Shown here piece after piece: positions 63,001-64,000 of a stretch of 64,000 nucleotides of DNA. Within the stretch, counting starts at the first letter, position 1; each line of letters begins with the position of its first letter. This stretch comes from Perna viridis (Eukaryota), in the NCBI GenBank assembly GCA_037379345.1, contig CM074514.1, positions 31,062,001 to 31,126,000 on the forward strand. The letters are read 5' to 3'. The position numbers were made by a program, and so were the translations under genes. The notes beneath the pieces are model-generated. The model did no database searches and was not told the DNA's origin. It saw only the letters and a program-made list of their open reading frames with translations.

Positions 63001-63546
63001 GTATAAATGTCCTCTGCTTTTCTAGAAACACCTGCTGAGTAGCTCATAAAATGTTGTCTGGGATAAACGAAAGGAAAACGGAAAACTTTGACACATTGAA
63101 CAAATCATTTCTCATTGTGCCAATGGGTACACCGTTAAATGATGACAACCATAAAACTTAGAAAAAAATATATTTATCAATAGACTTATTCGGCCTATGC
63201 AATCCATATTCTACATTTTACAAAAATTTCTCTTCATTCTAGAAATCAAACCATATTATACCCTTTTTTACTTTATTCTCTTTTGACTTTTTGAAATGGT
63301 ACTAGAAAATTGCGCCGAAATAATGAAAGGTCACAAAAACGGAAGTAACCTTCCATGGATCTTTCTGGTTTAAAACAAAAGGGGGTGAGAAAAAAATTCC
63401 AAGTAAGGTTTACGCATGTTGATGCTATTATAAAAATATAGTAATTAAAAGAACCTGCATCTGTAGGTCTACAAATGTATCACATGCTCTTTTGTACTGT
63501 TGTCCAAGTAGCACATTGGTTTTGTTTATAAAGACAACTTTGCCTG
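50422..63546 (-). CDS. Spliced gene, 5'-partial: RIG-I-like receptor (DDX58/IFIH1/DHX58 family) RNA helicase. join complement(63455-63546, 61989-62252, 59502-59664, 58845-58940, 56918-57108, 56201-56345, 52411-52635, 51463-51630, 50422-51023)
   Basis: Continuous frame of ~648 codons. Motifs: Ia KVVF..LLGQQ, II DECHH, IIa PYNEIM, III GLTASPG, IV IFVKTR, V ATSVGSEGLDVPQCN, VI QMRGRIR, then pincer and CTD (CKKC...CGHNWG...KW), ending in TGA at 50422-50424. Orthology to a particular vertebrate RLR and presence of CARDs cannot be judged here. Confidence 0.93.
51463..51630 (-). CDS. RLR exon, motif V (EQVEVLEKFRRGE..ATSVGSEGLDVPQCN..QMR)
   Basis: Helicase C-terminal motifs; weak acceptor ttattggtag, GTCAGG donor; phase 1-1. 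Confidence 0.9.
51649..52131. mobile_element. MITE with ~25-bp TIRs (cactccttgagacgtttaggtt) and internal gcgttcgtttaaacgcacga repeats
   Basis: TIRs at 51649-51673 and 52106-52131; flanks CA and TA (possibly a decayed TA TSD). Confidence 0.88.
52411..52635 (-). CDS. RLR exon, motif IV (NPDI..SRFMIFVKTR..LTGS)
   Basis: ctccacag acceptor, GTAGTT donor; phase 1-1. Confidence 0.9.
54524..54602. repeat. 15-bp tandem repeat (about 5 copies) inside the RTE RT
   Basis: Repeated tactgttctgtatg(c/t), translated as NSSIQ/NSNIQ in ORF 53727-54845. Confidence 0.95.
54909..55150 (-). repeat. Dispersed repeat family A nested in the RTE ORF
   Basis: Interrupts the RTE coding sequence at the WRGI-I-LL / IPS motif. 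Confidence 0.9.
56201..56345 (-). CDS. RLR exon, Hel2i (LYTECLEVNSLLEID...)
   Basis: ctattttag acceptor, GTAAAA donor; phase 0-1. Confidence 0.85.
56918..57108 (-). CDS. RLR exon, Hel2i (..YIQWI..CMRHLE)
   Basis: aattttgtag acceptor, GTAAAA donor; phase 1-0; Y-x-Q-W and HL motifs of RLR Hel2i. Confidence 0.85.
57955..58371. mobile_element. Possible MITE with G-rich / C-rich termini
   Basis: ggggcactc ... ggaagtgttcccc imperfect inverted ends. Confidence 0.4.
58845..58940 (-). CDS. RLR exon, start of Hel2i (ENILSTARREDPVKQILFKAMEYVEHKLNCRK)
   Basis: acttttctag acceptor, GTAATT donor; phase 1-1; the DP..I...M pattern fits the start of Hel2i. Confidence 0.8.
59502..59664 (-). CDS. RLR exon, motif III (ILGLTASPG)
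   Basis: Joins the preceding LPQ to give LPQILGLTASPG, an RLR/Dicer signature; phase 0-1. Confidence 0.92.
59900..61200 (-). mobile_element. Decayed Penelope-like element (PLE) reverse transcriptase in RLR intron
   Basis: Manual translation across frameshifts gives KYVIVPADKASNSIVFVCK, LPYLYWISKLLKNPYKERYIAGS, GINHMWILRNSKDL, DNIFVTFGGAIFQQVGIPMGTNCAPLLAD, IDDVLSIN and NFPYLCSNIPSSPAYGVYIS. These are PLE-type RT motifs with deletions and stops. Confidence 0.85.
61989..62252 (-). CDS. RLR exon, helicase motifs IIFLTP, DECHH and PYNEIM
   Basis: 88 codons, phase 0-0; Walker B DECH. Confidence 0.92.
62802..63050 (-). repeat. Dispersed repeat family A in RLR intron
   Basis: agagtaatcaagggaaccaag...gaccaggtgcac...ctctgcttttctagaaacacctgctgagtagctcata. 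Confidence 0.88.
63455..63546 (-). CDS. RLR exon, motif Ia (GKVVFINKTNVLLGQQYKRACDTFVDLQMQ)
   Basis: ttttttcag acceptor (a CAGCAG NAGNAG), GTTCTT donor; phase 1-0. Confidence 0.8.
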
Positions 63547-63739
63547 CTGAAAAAATGAACAATTATTATTAAAAACGAAGATAAATTTGTAGGTCTCGAG
63601 GTGCTCCTAACCCAGTACAATACGATTTCCTAAGTGTAATTTGAATTCTAAACGCACAGTTAGATTGCGAACACAAGCTGTTCACTTGTCATATGCAACT
63701 TGAAGCTTTCAACGAGCTAAATTCGAATCTGCAATGAGT

Positions 63740-64000
63740 ATTGCGTATTCAGAACGATTTTTAACAAACGAAGAACGAACACAAAAGCGAACATGGAACG
63801 AGCCCTAACGTTCAATATACGTAACGCTAACGATCTAAACGCATTGATACCAATGATACGGACAATTTACGAAAAGAACCAACAAATAGCGAATACACAT
63901 TGAATCCGTTTAATTAACAATTGTATAAAAAATGCATGAAAAACGTAAGTTATTTTGAAAAAAAAAACGAATCAATATAAAAGGCATGAAACACCATGAT
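63740..64000 (+). repeat. Second copy of the left-arm sequence of the 36100-38330 element
   Basis: acgaagaacgaacacaaaagcgaacatggaacgagccc...cgctaacgatc aligns with 36235-36460. Confidence 0.75.

Noticed and set aside
63066-63090. ISRE-like GAAA cluster in an RLR intron
   Set aside because: The spacing does not fit GAAANNGAAA, and such runs are common in AT-rich DNA.

Overview
AT-rich eukaryotic genomic DNA with spliced genes; it is most likely from a bivalve mollusc (inferred from gene content and repeat style, not verified). Two minus-strand multi-exon genes can be built by hand with GT-AG junctions and matching intron phases. (1) A type II membrane protein with a TM helix, a SEA domain and a complete 10-Cys Frizzled domain (corin-like architecture). 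Its exons run from a putative first coding exon at 32030-32077 down to 1128, and it continues off the left edge. (2) The 3' ~648 codons of a RIG-I-like receptor (DExD/H helicase motifs Ia-VI, pincer, C-terminal domain) at 50422-63546; its N-terminus lies off the right edge. The rest is intron or intergenic DNA rich in mobile elements: a 5'-truncated RTE LINE with an exact 10-bp TSD, a decayed Penelope-like RT, eight copies of a short repeat with one fixed end and a multibranch RNA-like fold, tRNA-derived SINE relics, and many TIR/hairpin MITEs. Main observations: apparent changes at key RLR CTD positions (Zn-ligand Cys to Gly, H830-equivalent to Met, K888-equivalent to Ser); a decayed minimal hammerhead ribozyme; a MITE carrying a consensus CTCF motif between the two genes; and a MITE 15 nt from the acceptor of the RLR motif-V exon. 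All alignments were done by eye and no searches were run.
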